A stretch of 64,000 nucleotides of DNA, taken from contig NW_027362773.1 in the NCBI RefSeq assembly GCF_046119375.1, positions 228,656,001-228,720,000 of the forward strand, written 5' to 3'. Of this stretch, positions 1 through 10,641 are shown piece after piece; positions within the stretch are counted from its first letter, which is position 1; each line of letters begins with the position of its first letter. Origin of the DNA: Phyllobates terribilis. Its lineage: Eukaryota. Under the pieces are notes generated by a model. The model did no database searches and was not told the origin of the DNA. It worked only from the letters and a program-made list of their open reading frames with translations. The position numbers and the translations under genes were made by a program.

Positions 1-564
1 GGCTCGCGCTGTCTTGCTTCGCTCGGTCCCGGCTGCCGGCAGCGGTAGAGAGAAGGACCTGCCGACGTCAGCGTCGCGTGACCCGTCACATGACTCTGAC
101 GTCAGCGCAGGTCCTTCATTCCATCGCGAAGTTCCGGGAAGCAAGGAGGAGCGCAGCGCGGGCCGCCAGAAGGTAAGTATATATTTATTTTTTATTTTAT
201 TCTTTTTTTACAGCTTTTTTAATGGTACCTGGGTGTGGATGAGACTCTCCTCTCCTCTACACCCGGGTACCATCCGCACATTAGAACGCGCCAATTACGC
301 AAGTACAGATGCAGTCTTGCGGAATTGGCGCGTTCTAATGCAAGTCAATGGCGGCGAAAAAGCAGCACTTCCGCAAAATAATTGGTAGTGCTGCGTTTTT
401 TTCCGCAATGATAATCCGCAGCGGAAATTTCCGCAGCATGTGCATAGCACATGCGGATTATCATTGGGGAACATGGCAGGTCTTCTACCATGAGTTTTTA
501 AGCGTTTCTGCAGCGTTTTTGCCGCTACGGAAACGCTTCAAAAACGCATCGTGGGCACACAGCC
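1..564. mobile_element. PIF/Harbinger-type MITE (right part) inside the upstream PLE repeat
   Basis: Ends GCATCGTGGGCACACAGCC followed by TTA (565-567), the inverse of the GGCTATGTGCCCACGATGC left end at 5609. Confidence 0.8.
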
Positions 565-915
565 TTAAGGTTATTGGTATAGACAAGGTGCAAAGACAAA
601 TACTTGGAGGAGATAGAGGCAAGCTTCTCCTAGCCAGAGAAGCCTCGTGGATTCTTAAACTTAACTCTCGCATTCCCAATGGTCTCAATTTTCGCAATGA
701 TTTAATGTACATTTTTTGATACTTTTTTCTAATGATGTACTTGATTTGCCAGCATACCATGCACATAAGTTTAATTTATGTATATTACTGAGCAATTATC
801 CTCAGGAGGATTTTCATTCACTAATGAACTTCCTGTTCTTTGTTGTCTCCACCCTATTTTCTCTTTTGTTTTCAGTCCATATGTATATATATATATATAT
901 GTCTTTTATCTATAG

Positions 916-1101
916 CAGGGTTCCCCAACTCCAGTCCTCAAGGCCCACCAACAGGTCATGTTTTCAGGATTTCCTTAGTATTACACAGGTGATAATTGCA
1001 TCACCTGCACAGGCAATAATTCCATCACCTGTGCAATACTAAGGAAATCCTGAAAACATGACCTGTTGGTGGGCCTTGAGGACTGAAGTTGGGGAACCCT
1101 G
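916..1101. mobile_element. hAT-type palindromic MITE (186 bp)
   Basis: TIR CAGGGTTCCCCAACT...AGTTGGGGAACCCTG; 8-bp TSD ATCTATAG (908-915, 1102-1109). The homologous site in the downstream PLE repeat (near 6830) is empty and has a single ATCTATAG. Confidence 0.95.
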
Positions 1102-1116
1102 ATCTATAGCAATGTT

Positions 1117-1159
1117 ACCTATGATTAAGAACCCTTGCTTGGTTCGAAAAGCATAAGGT
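1117..1159 (+). ncRNA. Minimal type I hammerhead ribozyme motif (decayed copy) in the PLE pseudo-LTR
   Basis: ACCT-ATGATTA-A-GAACC-cttgctt-GGTTC-GAAAAGCATA-AGGT. Stems I and II pair; stem III is mutated relative to the 6844 copy. Confidence 0.55.
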
Positions 1160-1558
1160 CTGCCTTACATATGGCACTTTTTTAATGGAATTAATAAAAT
1201 GGACGTTTTAACTTTACATTTCTTGTGATGGATACGGAGAAAGTGCTGGAGTTTTTCTCATCTACTTCCTACTGCTTCTCATCCTTGGATTTGCTACCAA
1301 TGATTTCCATGCACCAGTGGACCCTTATGGCATATGCATGGTAGGCTGAAATTTCCCTTTTTTTTTCCCTTATATACCTTTGTTCATAGCAATTTTCGTG
1401 CCACCATCATTGCCAGGGCCACATTTCTTTTATTCCATTTTTCATCACATTTATTGGTGGAGTATTTGGTGTTCTCCTTCTTGTGGCTATTTAAGATGGA
1501 CACTCCATCAGGTTTTCTTCCCGTGGCTAATGAAGTTAGAATGGGAAAGGTTAATGAT

Positions 1559-1856
1559 TAGTGTTGAGCGAGTATGTTCTATTAACCCTTTTGCCGAGTA
1601 TGCTGGGGCCGAGCTCCGAGTATTTACAGCTGCTCGGTGATAAGGTTAAATCGCTCCCGTGTGCATGATTTGCGACTGTTTGACAGTTTTATTACATGTG
1701 AGGAATGTCTTTCTTACACATTCCTCACATGTGATAAAGCTGTCAAACAGTCGCAAATCATGCACACGGGAGTGATTCAAACACATCACCGAGCAGCTGT
1801 AACTACCCGGAGCTCAGCCAGAGCATACTCGGACAGAACATACTCGCTCAACCCTA
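1559..1856. mobile_element. hAT-type palindromic MITE (TAG...CTA termini, 298 bp) interrupting the PLE ORF near its start
   Basis: TAGTGTTGAGCGAGTATGTTC...AACATACTCGCTCAACCCTA; 8-bp TSD TTAATGAT (1551-1558, 1857-1864). Removing 306 bp restores the frame (GKVND-VFSS). Confidence 0.93.
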
Positions 1857-3574
1857 TTAATGATGTTTTCAGCAGCAATAAACCACAGTCTTATGATCCC
1901 AATGTGAATACTGTGTTAAAAGAGCTTGAACAAGCCATGACACTAAGATTAAAGACATGGTGGGACTCCATAACTTTGCAGCGGTACTTAGATAATGATA
2001 TGATCCCTAGAGGGTTACACCTAAAGAAAATTGCAAATTTTAATTATGGAGAGGAATTCACTGCTGAATGGAACAGCATTCTGTCCCAATCTTCATCTAA
2101 ACTAATGCAACTTATTATTAAGGAAGAAAACAAAAAGCTGAATAAATTGGAAGAACAAATCACCACATTACAGGAGTCACTCAAAGAACATATGAATTCA
2201 ACAAATTTTAAAGAATGGAATGAAAAACTTTCCAAACATATTAATTCTGAGGAGGAAACTATCACTGATGTGAAGAGGAAGACATTTGCTCGTGATTGTG
2301 CATATTATGAGTCTAACCAGGTTTACACCTGGAAATTGCACAAACTGAAGTCAATCCTTAAAAAAACTCCAGCACCAAAATTGAAAACTCCTAATAAGAA
2401 AAACCAGGTTGGATTTCCACAGGCTGATTTGGATACAACAGAAGAATTCACAGATTACTCCTTATCACCTGAACAGTCTCCTGCTGAAAATCATGATATT
2501 TCCAAAAGAAACCTGTCAAAAATCGGGGGGCTTCATAGAGCGGGAAGGAAGCACAAATCCACAAAAAAATCGGAGGTATCCAACCACTAAATCAAAATGT
2601 AAATCAACAATTAGGAGGTTGCTGTAGTTAATCTCTCAGCGATTATTATTTCTCTGTCTCAATTACGGTTATTAAGCAAAGGAAGTAAATTTATTCCTAC
2701 AACTAGAGCAAATCTATTTGAAACTATCAAGGATGTCAACAGATTTGTAAGATCTTTGACAGTCAAGAGACACTTCTTTGCAGAGAACAGGGATAAAGAA
2801 CAACATATTGTGGATCAGTCTTTCTCCACAGCACCTCCCATTGACCTTTCTAGGAATTTACTTGAACAAATATCAGTAAAAACTTTGGAATCTTTGGATG
2901 CTGATTTTGTAACAGATATACCAAATGACTCATTCACAACATTGTTTCCAAATCCACTACTCTATCCATTAGCCTCTAGAACACCTGGGATAGACAGTTT
3001 TCAAAATATAAAAGAGAACTCTTAAAAATACTGGATAGCGAATCAGTCACAATGGATAATTTGACCACCAAAGAACGACAAGCACTGAAATTGTTAAAAA
3101 ACAATGACAATATTATCATTAGCGCGTCCGATAAAAGTGGCTCTCTTGTAATCCTTGATAAGGCATTATACATCAGAGAAGTTAACTCCATGCTATCGGA
3201 TGTAAAAACCTATAGTAAACTAACTGAAGATCCAACCAGTCACGTAAAAGGCCAATTGGATTTTATCCTAAGAGGAGGCTTGCAAAAGGGACTCATTAAT
3301 CAAAAATTGTATGAATATCTATTAACTGAGTCACCACTGTGCCCAATACTGAACGCCCTTCCTAAACTGCACAAAGAAACATTTCCAGCCCCATTGTGGC
3401 TGGCATTGGTTCACTTACTGAAAGAACTGCAGCATGGATTCATCAGCTACTACAGCCTATAGTTTTGGCCACTACAGGATATATCAGGGATAGCAAGCAT
3501 TTATTATCTGCTTTGAAATCTTTTGAGTGGGAATGTAACGATAGATGGGTCACCACAGATATTGTGTCATTATA

Positions 3575-4316
3575 AGGCCCCATCACACTAAGCGATGCAG
3601 CAGCGATCCCGACAACGATACGACCTGTCAGGGATCGTTGCTGCGTCGCTATGTGGTCGCTGGTGAGCTGTCAAACAGGCAGGCTCACCAGCGATCAGGG
3701 GAGCAGCGACATCGTGGAAAGAATCGTACCACGATGTCCTGCTCCGGTTACCAGCCTGCTGCTGAAGCAGGAGCAGGCTCGTAACCATGGTAAACAGCGG
3801 GTTACTAAGTGCGCGTGTGCCCCTAGTAACCCGATGTTTACCATGGATACCACTCTGCTAAGGTGTGCGGGAGGTTACCGTTCACCTTAGCAGAGTCGTA
3901 TCCATGATAAACATCGGGTTACTAGGGGCATACGCGCACTTAGTAACCCGATGTTTATCATGGATAAGACTCTGCTAAGGTGAACGGTAGCCTCCGCGCA
4001 CCGTAGCAGAGTGGTATCCATGGTAAACAGCGGGTTACTAAGTGCGCGCGTGCCCCTAGTAACCCGATGTTTACCATGGATACCAGCCTGATCGTTGGTC
4101 CCGCTGGTCACACACAGCGATGTGTGCTGGCCAGCGGGAGGCCAACGACCAAAAAATGGTCCAGGACACTTTGCAGCGATCAGCGACCTCACAGCAGGGG
4201 CCTGATCGTTGCAAAGTGTCCACATAGCGACATCGCTGGTGAGGTCACTGTTGCGTCACCAAAACCGTGACACAGCAGCGATCTCGCTAGCAAGATCGCT
4301 ATGTGAGACGGGGGCT
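3575..4316. mobile_element. MITE (Harbinger-like, 742 bp) with internal tandem hairpin units, inserted in the PLE RT
   Basis: Termini AGGCCCCATCACAC...GTGAGACGGGGGCT, flanked by ATA/ATA. Removal rejoins the RT motif TDIVSL-YTSIPH. Internal repeats of CCATGGTAAACAGCGGGTTACT...AGTAACCCGATGTTTACCATGG. Confidence 0.85.
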
Positions 4317-5608
4317 ATACACTAGCATCCCGCACCATCTCTCATTACAATCTATCTCCTATCACCTTAACAACACCAATCTCTATACAAAAGAATTAAA
4401 TGAGTTTATACTAAATTTGATACAATTCTTACTTGAAAATAATTTTTTTTACTTCAATGGCGATTTTTTTCTGCAGACCTGCGGTTGCCCCATGGGTGCG
4501 TCTTTTTCCCCATCATTAGCTAATTTATATGTAGCTTGGTGGGAAGTATTTCATATTCACACTCTCAACAATCCTTTTTTGCCTTACATCAGGTGGTACG
4601 CCAGATACATTGATGATGTCATCATGATCTGGCGTACCCCTGATGTCATGAGGCACTGTACATGCTATCCACGTTTCTACAGTTTTTAAATGACAATACA
4701 TTTAATTTACAATTTACCATTAACATTTGTCAAAATGAGACCGTCTTTTTGGACGTATATTTAACTGGAGACAGCAACAATAACTGCATCCACACATGTC
4801 TGTACAGAAAACCAACCAGTGGCAATGCGACGTTGATGGCAAACAGCTGTCATCCAGCACATACTATTAAAAACCTACCACTAGGTGAACACATTAGAGC
4901 CAGACGTCTATGCTCTACGGATGAGAGCTATATTCATGAATGTGACATACTGAAGCGCAGGTTTAAACATAGAGGTTATTCAAATGCACATATTTGCAGA
5001 GCCTGTAATATAGCCTTTCACAAAACACAAACATCTTTATTGGAGAATAACACAGTATGTAAGAGAAATAAACAACAAGTTACTTTCTCCACAGCTTATA
5101 GTACAGACTATCAGGCTATTACAGATTTAATTCGGAAATATGCTTGTATATTACATCAGGACAAAGCACTTCAGAGCATCCTTAAGGAAGGAATTAATTT
5201 TGTTGCTAAAAAATCCCCCAATATAGGAAATTTATTATCTCTAAGTTTTCTGTCCACCAAAAGCCCAAGGTCTGACACATGGCTTCATATTAATGGATCC
5301 TATAAATGTGGAGGCACCAAAGTGTAATATTTGCAAATTTATGTTTACGACCCAAAGATTTACTGACAGTGCAGGCAAAATATATAATATTAAGCACTTT
5401 ATTAATTGCTCTAGTACATATGTCATTTATCAAGCTCTGTGCACATCTTGCAAAAATTTTTATGTGGGTTGCACCAGCCGCATGCTCAAAAGACGCATCG
5501 CAGAGCATGTTACTGGAGCGATTTCGACTCCTAATGCAGGGAGTCGCTCCATGTCAGGGCTCAGCAAACATTTTGCAGATTTTCACTTTGGTGATCTTTC
5601 CACACTTA

Positions 5609-6488
5609 GGCTATGTGCCCACGATGCAGAAATGCTCAGGATTTTTTCCTGAGCGTTTCTGCATCTCCCTGGCAGAAAAAAACGCATGTGGATTGTACAT
5701 GCGTTTTCCTGCCAGGGACATGCGGATGTGAAGCGTTCTTTACTTGCATTTCCGCATGCGGGTTGACAAGCGCTTTCCAAGCGATTTTAGCATCACTTGG
5801 AAAGTGCTTGACAACTTGGTCACACTATATAAATCCATGCAAACGGCATGGATTTATATAGTGTGACCTGAGAGAATGTCAAAAAATAAAAAAATAAATA
5901 TCTACTTACCCTCTGATGGCCCCCGGTGTCCTGCTTCCCTCCGTTCTCCCTTGCCGGCAGCGGTACACTGGAGGACCTGCCGACGTCAGCGTCGCGTGAC
6001 CCGTCACATGACTATGACGTCAGCGCAGGTCCTTCAGTCCATCGCGAACTGCCAGCATGCGAGGAGGAGCGCATCGGGGGCCGCAATAAGGTACTGTAAG
6101 TATATATTTATTTTTTATTTTATTCTTTTTTTTTTACAGTTTTCTATGGTACCCAGGTCCGGAGGAGAGTCTCCTCTCCTCTAGACCTGGGTACCATCCG
6201 CACATTAGAACGCATGGAATGCACATCTACATATACAGTGATGCATAATCCATGCAATCTAATGCAAGTCAATGGCGGCGAAAACGCAGCACTTCCGCAA
6301 AATAATTGGTAGTGCTCCGTTTTTCTCCGCAATGATAATCCGCAGCGGAAATTTCCACAGCATGTGTACAGCACATGCGGATTATCATTGGGGAACATGG
6401 CAGGCCTTCTACCATGCGTTTTTAAGCATTTCTGCTGCGTTTTTGCTGCTGCGGAAACGCTTCAAAAACGCATCGTGGACACACGGCC
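5609..6488. mobile_element. PIF/Harbinger-type MITE (880 bp) inserted in the PLE GIY-YIG domain
   Basis: TIR GGCTATGTGCCCACGATGC / GCATCGTGGACACACGGCC; TSD TTA (5606-5608, 6489-6491). Removal rejoins DLSTL-KLIGIDK. Confidence 0.9.
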
Positions 6489-6843
6489 TTAAGCTTATTG
6501 GTATAGACAAGGTGCAAAGACAAATACTTGGAGGAGATAGAGGCAAGCTTCTCCTAGCCAGAGAAGCCTCATGGATTCTTAAACTTAACTCTCGCATTCC
6601 CAATGGTCTCAATTTTCGCAATGATTTAATGTACATTTTTTGATACTTTTTTCTAATGATGTACTTAATTTGCCAGCATACCATGCACATAAGTTTAATT
6701 TATGTATATTACTGAGCAATTATCCTCAGGAGGATTTTCATTCACTAATGAACTTCCTGTTTTTTGTTGTCTCCACCCTATTTTCTCTTCTCTTTTGTTG
6801 TCAGTCCATATGTATATATATGTCTTTTATCTATAGCAATGTT

Positions 6844-6886
6844 ACCTATGATTAAGAACCCTTGTTTGGTTCGAAACGCGTAAGGT
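6844..6886 (+). ncRNA. Minimal type I hammerhead ribozyme motif of the PLE (A3-U8 core variant)
   Basis: ACCT-ATGATTA-A-GAACC-cttgttt-GGTTC-GAAACGCGTA-AGGT: stem I ACCT/AGGT, stem II GAACC/GGTTC, GAAA, palindromic ACGCGT stem III, GUA cleavage triplet. Confidence 0.72.
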
Positions 6887-7102
6887 CTGCCTTACATATT
6901 GCGCTTTTTTAATGGAACTAATAAAATGGACGTTTTAACTTTACATTTCTTATGATGGATACGGAGAAGGTGTTGGAGTGTTTCTAAACTACTTCCTACT
7001 GCTTCTTATCCCTGGACTTACTACCAAGGATTTCCGTGCACCAGTGGACCCTTATAGCATATGCATGGTAGGCTGAAATTTCCACTTTTTTTCCTTATAT
7101 AA

Positions 7103-7793
7103 CTATTTAATGAAGCTGCCAGTTGAGGAGCTGTGAGGCGTCGATTTCTCAAACTAGAGACTCTAATGTACTTGTCTTGATGCTCAGTTGTGCAGTGGGG
7201 CCTCTCACTTCTCTTTCTACTCTGGTTAGAGCCTGTTTGTGCTCTCCTCTGAAGGGAGTAGTACACACCATTGTAGGAAATCTTCAGTTTCTTGGCAATT
7301 TTTTCTCATGGAATAACCTTCATTTCTAAGAACAAGAATAGACTGTCGAGTTTCACATGAAAGTTCTCTTTTTCTGGCCATTTTGAGAGTTTCATAGAAC
7401 ACACCAATATAATGCTCCAGATTCTCAACTAGCTTAAAGGAAGGTCAATTTTATAGCTTCTCAAATCAGCCAAACCGTTTTCAGCTGGGCTAACATACTT
7501 GTGCAAGGGTTTTCTAGGGTTTACTAAACATCCATTAGCCTTCTTACACAGTTAGCAAACACAATGTTACATTAAAACACGGGAGTGGTGGTTGTTGGAA
7601 ATGGGCCTCTATACACCTATGTAGATATTGCAATAAAAACAAGACCTTTGCAGCTAGAATAGTCATTTACCATATTAACAATGTATAGAGTGTATTTATG
7701 ATTCCCTTAATGTTAGCTTCATTGAAAAAAAATGTGCTTTTCTTTCAAAAATAATGAAATTTCTAAATGACCCCAAACTTTTGAACTGTAGTG
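7103..7793 (-). mobile_element. Tc1-family transposon 5' fragment
   Basis: Minus-strand terminus TA|CACTACAGTTCAAAAGTTTGGGGTCA at 7793; transposase N-terminal remnant DKYIRVSSLRNRRLTAPQLAASLN. Confidence 0.8.
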
Positions 7794-9145
7794 TAAGTTC
7801 GCTCCAAATTCAGCCATTTCTGGCCTCCATGTCAATTTTGTTGCAGTGTGTTAGTAAAGTTATTGACTCCAGGTCGCTGTGAAAAATAGTAACCTACAGG
7901 CCAGCTATTTAAAACTGTGGTTTTCTGTCACACGTATCACATATCACTGCTGTTCAAATCCAGCCATTTGTAGTGAACGTGTAAAATATCTGTGACGCTC
8001 ACAGCCCTACCCTGAGAGATGGGGGTTACTCGGAACCGGGTCAGATGTTGGGGGTTGCAGTCGTGGCCTGGACCCGGCCCGTGCCCAGGGCCGTCAGACT
8101 AAAAGGTTGTAATGGGCTTTCAGGGTTGAGTGGTATTTTCTGACTACGCTACCTGTGGTGCCTGGTGATTCGCCACCAGCGCTGTGGCAGTCCTCTGAGG
8201 CAGGATGTAGTGGCAGCAGAAGATGGTACTACTCCCCACAGGCGGAGCAAGGCCTCAGAGCAGAGAAGAAGGATCAGGGGGGTCGTAGTGGGTGGTGCGG
8301 TGCGGTGTCGCGCTGAAATTAGGGACCAGAGGCAATGGATGCAGTCTTCCAAGCTTTACTCACGTTGTTAGGTGTCAGCTGCAAGGCTTCTCCTTGCTCC
8401 TCATGGCGCGCTGCGGCCACCAGGAAGGGGTTCAGCACACTCCGGGTAGTTCGGGTGCATCGATCAGGACCCCCCGCACCAGAGTGTTCCTAGACTTTCC
8501 CACTAGGTCCGCTCCTGTCCGTATGTGGTACGTGTACTAAGGCCGGGTCTCCCTCTGGACTATGCACAGAACAAGGGTATGGGTGGCGACTCCGCTTCGT
8601 CCGTTACACGGTGGGATCCACTGAGCCTCCGGGCTTCCCTGACTAAGACTTGAAGTGACAGAGTCAGATATCGGGGGCCGGTACCACTTTTGCTGCAGGA
8701 ATCCCTCTGACTAGGCCAGAATAGTTAGGACAGGTGGCGTATGCCGCTCCGTCTGCATCCCCCTGGGATCCTTTTGCCCGGGGAGCTGGTCTCCTCTGCT
8801 CCCCTCCAGGCCTTCTTAGGTAGGGACCTTGACCGGGTAGAGACAGCCGTTAACTCTATCCCGCTCCTCGTCTCAAGGCCAGAGCACGAGGACCGTGTAA
8901 CTTCAATCAGCTGCAGGTTCACACAGAAAGCCACGTTCAGTGATGAAGATCACAATCAAAGACCATAAGCCCGGGGGGCGTGGCCTAGCTCTTGATGTGA
9001 GAGGTCGGGTGGCAGTGCCTCTCCACCACCATTAGCTTCAATTATCCTGCACAGAGCCCGAACCAGCCAAATCCCTTATCAGGAACTACTGTCTGAGGGT
9101 CCCGGGAGTCAGAGGCGAGCTTCTGCCAGACTCAGAGAGTCCAAC

Positions 9146-10216
9146 ATGGGCCGCAAAAGGCAGAAGGATGCCGGGGCCTGCAGCAGTGCCTCAGCCCAAG
9201 ATGGCACCGAGACAGAGGAAGAGGCGGGAAGGAGGAACACAGCCTATGCACGGAGGCTGGAGGCTTCAGCACGGCTGCACAGGTATGCGAGGGGCATGAA
9301 GGCAGATGAAGAAGGAAGTGAAGGCAGTGAGAAGCATGGAGATGAGGAGGAAGATGGTGAGGAGATGCCTGTGCCGGTGCTACATAATGAACAGCAGGAG
9401 GAGGGGGATGGTGACACTGTGCTGGCAGCTGAAAGTTCAGATGAGGCAGAGCCGACTCTGCGAGATGTATTCCAGGCTGTCTTATACTGCAAGACTGCTT
9501 TAACTGCTCTGACAAAGCAGGTGAATGGTCTGAAAGCCGACATGGGAGGCATTGAGGCTTCTATGCAGAAAGTTACAGCCAGATTGACTGAGGTGGAGGG
9601 CAGAGTTGGTGTAACAGAAGATCATTTAACCTCAGTGCAAAAGACGCAGCAACAGCACACTCAGAGGATCACGGTAGTGGCTAACAAAAACGATGACCTG
9701 GAAAACCGGTCACGCAGGAACAATTTGCGTATTGTGGGCATCCCTGAAAGAGCTGAGGGTGCTGACCCCACGACCTTTGTTGAAACCTGGCTGCTGGGAA
9801 AGTTTGGGTCTAATATCCTGTCGAGGGTGTTTGCTGTGGAGCGTGCCCATCAAGTGCCCATGAGACCCCCAGTGCCTGGAGAGGGCCCTCGTACGATGTT
9901 AGCCAGAATCCTGAACTGCAGAGACCGGGACACTATCTTACGTAAGGCCAGAAAATTGACAGATCTTACCCTGGAGGGCAAACGCATTGAAATATACCCG
10001 GATTACTCGGCTGAGGTGCAAAAGCTGCGGCTACGGTATGGTGAAGTGAAGAAACAGCTCCGCTCTTTGAATGTGAAATACTCTACAATTTATCCTGCCA
10101 AATTAAGAGTGGAAGCCTTTGGAAAGGTCAATTTTTTCCCGTCACCTGTAGAGGCCGCCTCGTGGTTGGAGCGGAACCGGAGCAAATTGAGAGAAGCTGA
10201 GGACTCGGCACGGTGA
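9146..10216 (+). CDS. ORF1: L1 ORF1p (acidic N-terminus, coiled coil, RRM, CTD), 356 aa
   Basis: LENRSRRNNLRIVGIPE, ERAHQV and YPAKLRV motifs; position upstream of ORF2. Confidence 0.96.
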   Translation: MGRKRQKDAGACSSASAQDGTETEEEAGRRNTAYARRLEASARLHRYARGMKADEEGSEGSEKHGDEEEDGEEMPVPVLHNEQQEEGDGDTVLAAESSDEAEPTLRDVFQAVLYCKTALTALTKQVNGLKADMGGIEASMQKVTARLTEVEGRVGVTEDHLTSVQKTQQQHTQRITVVANKNDDLENRSRRNNLRIVGIPERAEGADPTTFVETWLLGKFGSNILSRVFAVERAHQVPMRPPVPGEGPRTMLARILNCRDRDTILRKARKLTDLTLEGKRIEIYPDYSAEVQKLRLRYGEVKKQLRSLNVKYSTIYPAKLRVEAFGKVNFFPSPVEAASWLERNRSKLREAEDSAR

Positions 10217-10641
10217 ATGCACGACCCTGCTATCCTGACCACTGGACAGGGTTGTGGCTCTGCATTGCTCTGCGAAACCGCAGAGGAGGGGGAGAAACCC
10301 CCGCTGGGATCTACGTTTTATAGTTTTATAGTTAATTTGTTTGATTAATGGTTCGGGACTATGCATACTATTGATTATGTGGTGGAGAGACTGCCAATGC
10401 TGGAGGAGGACACGGCGCATGTTGATATGCGGTATACTACGATGTTGCTCAGGTTCTTTGAGCTCCCACTCTCACGTTGGGAAGAGAGTGACAAGAGAAG
10501 GGTGGGGGGAGGGGGTGGGGGGAGGTGGATGGGTTGGATTTGCGGGAAAATGGGGTTTCTTATGCTGTTTGACCTGGTATGCTTGGGAACAAAATGGAAA
10601 GATGTTACTTGATGATGGTGGATTGTTTTTTCTAATGCACA

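Larger units (their letters stand above)
1496..6643 (+). pseudogene. PLE polyprotein (N-terminal domain, reverse transcriptase, GIY-YIG endonuclease), disrupted by three MITEs, stops and frameshifts
   Basis: ATG at 1496 (MDTPSGFLP). Motifs in order: KTWWDSITLQRYL..IPRGL; ASDKSGSLVILDK; LPKLHK; QTCGCPMGASFSPSLANLY; RYIDD; FLDV; LYRKPT; VIYQALCTSCKNFYVGCTSRMLKRRIAEH (GIY-YIG); C-terminal PNGLN. Confidence 0.93.
1..7101 (+). mobile_element. Penelope-like retroelement (PLE), decayed, with directly repeated 3' end (pseudo-LTR or partial tandem copy); left boundary lies outside the window
   Basis: Region 1-1377 repeats about 5930-7101 (MITE right part, GIY-YIG C-terminus 'IGIDKVQRQILGGDRGKLLLAREASWILKLNSRIPNGLN', 3' UTR, hammerhead motif). 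The RT and GIY-YIG coding body lies between the two copies. Confidence 0.92.

Noticed and set aside
1637-2590. 317-aa ORF as a stand-alone gene
   Set aside because: Chimera of MITE sequence (to 1856) and the PLE N-terminal domain; the true start is at 1496.
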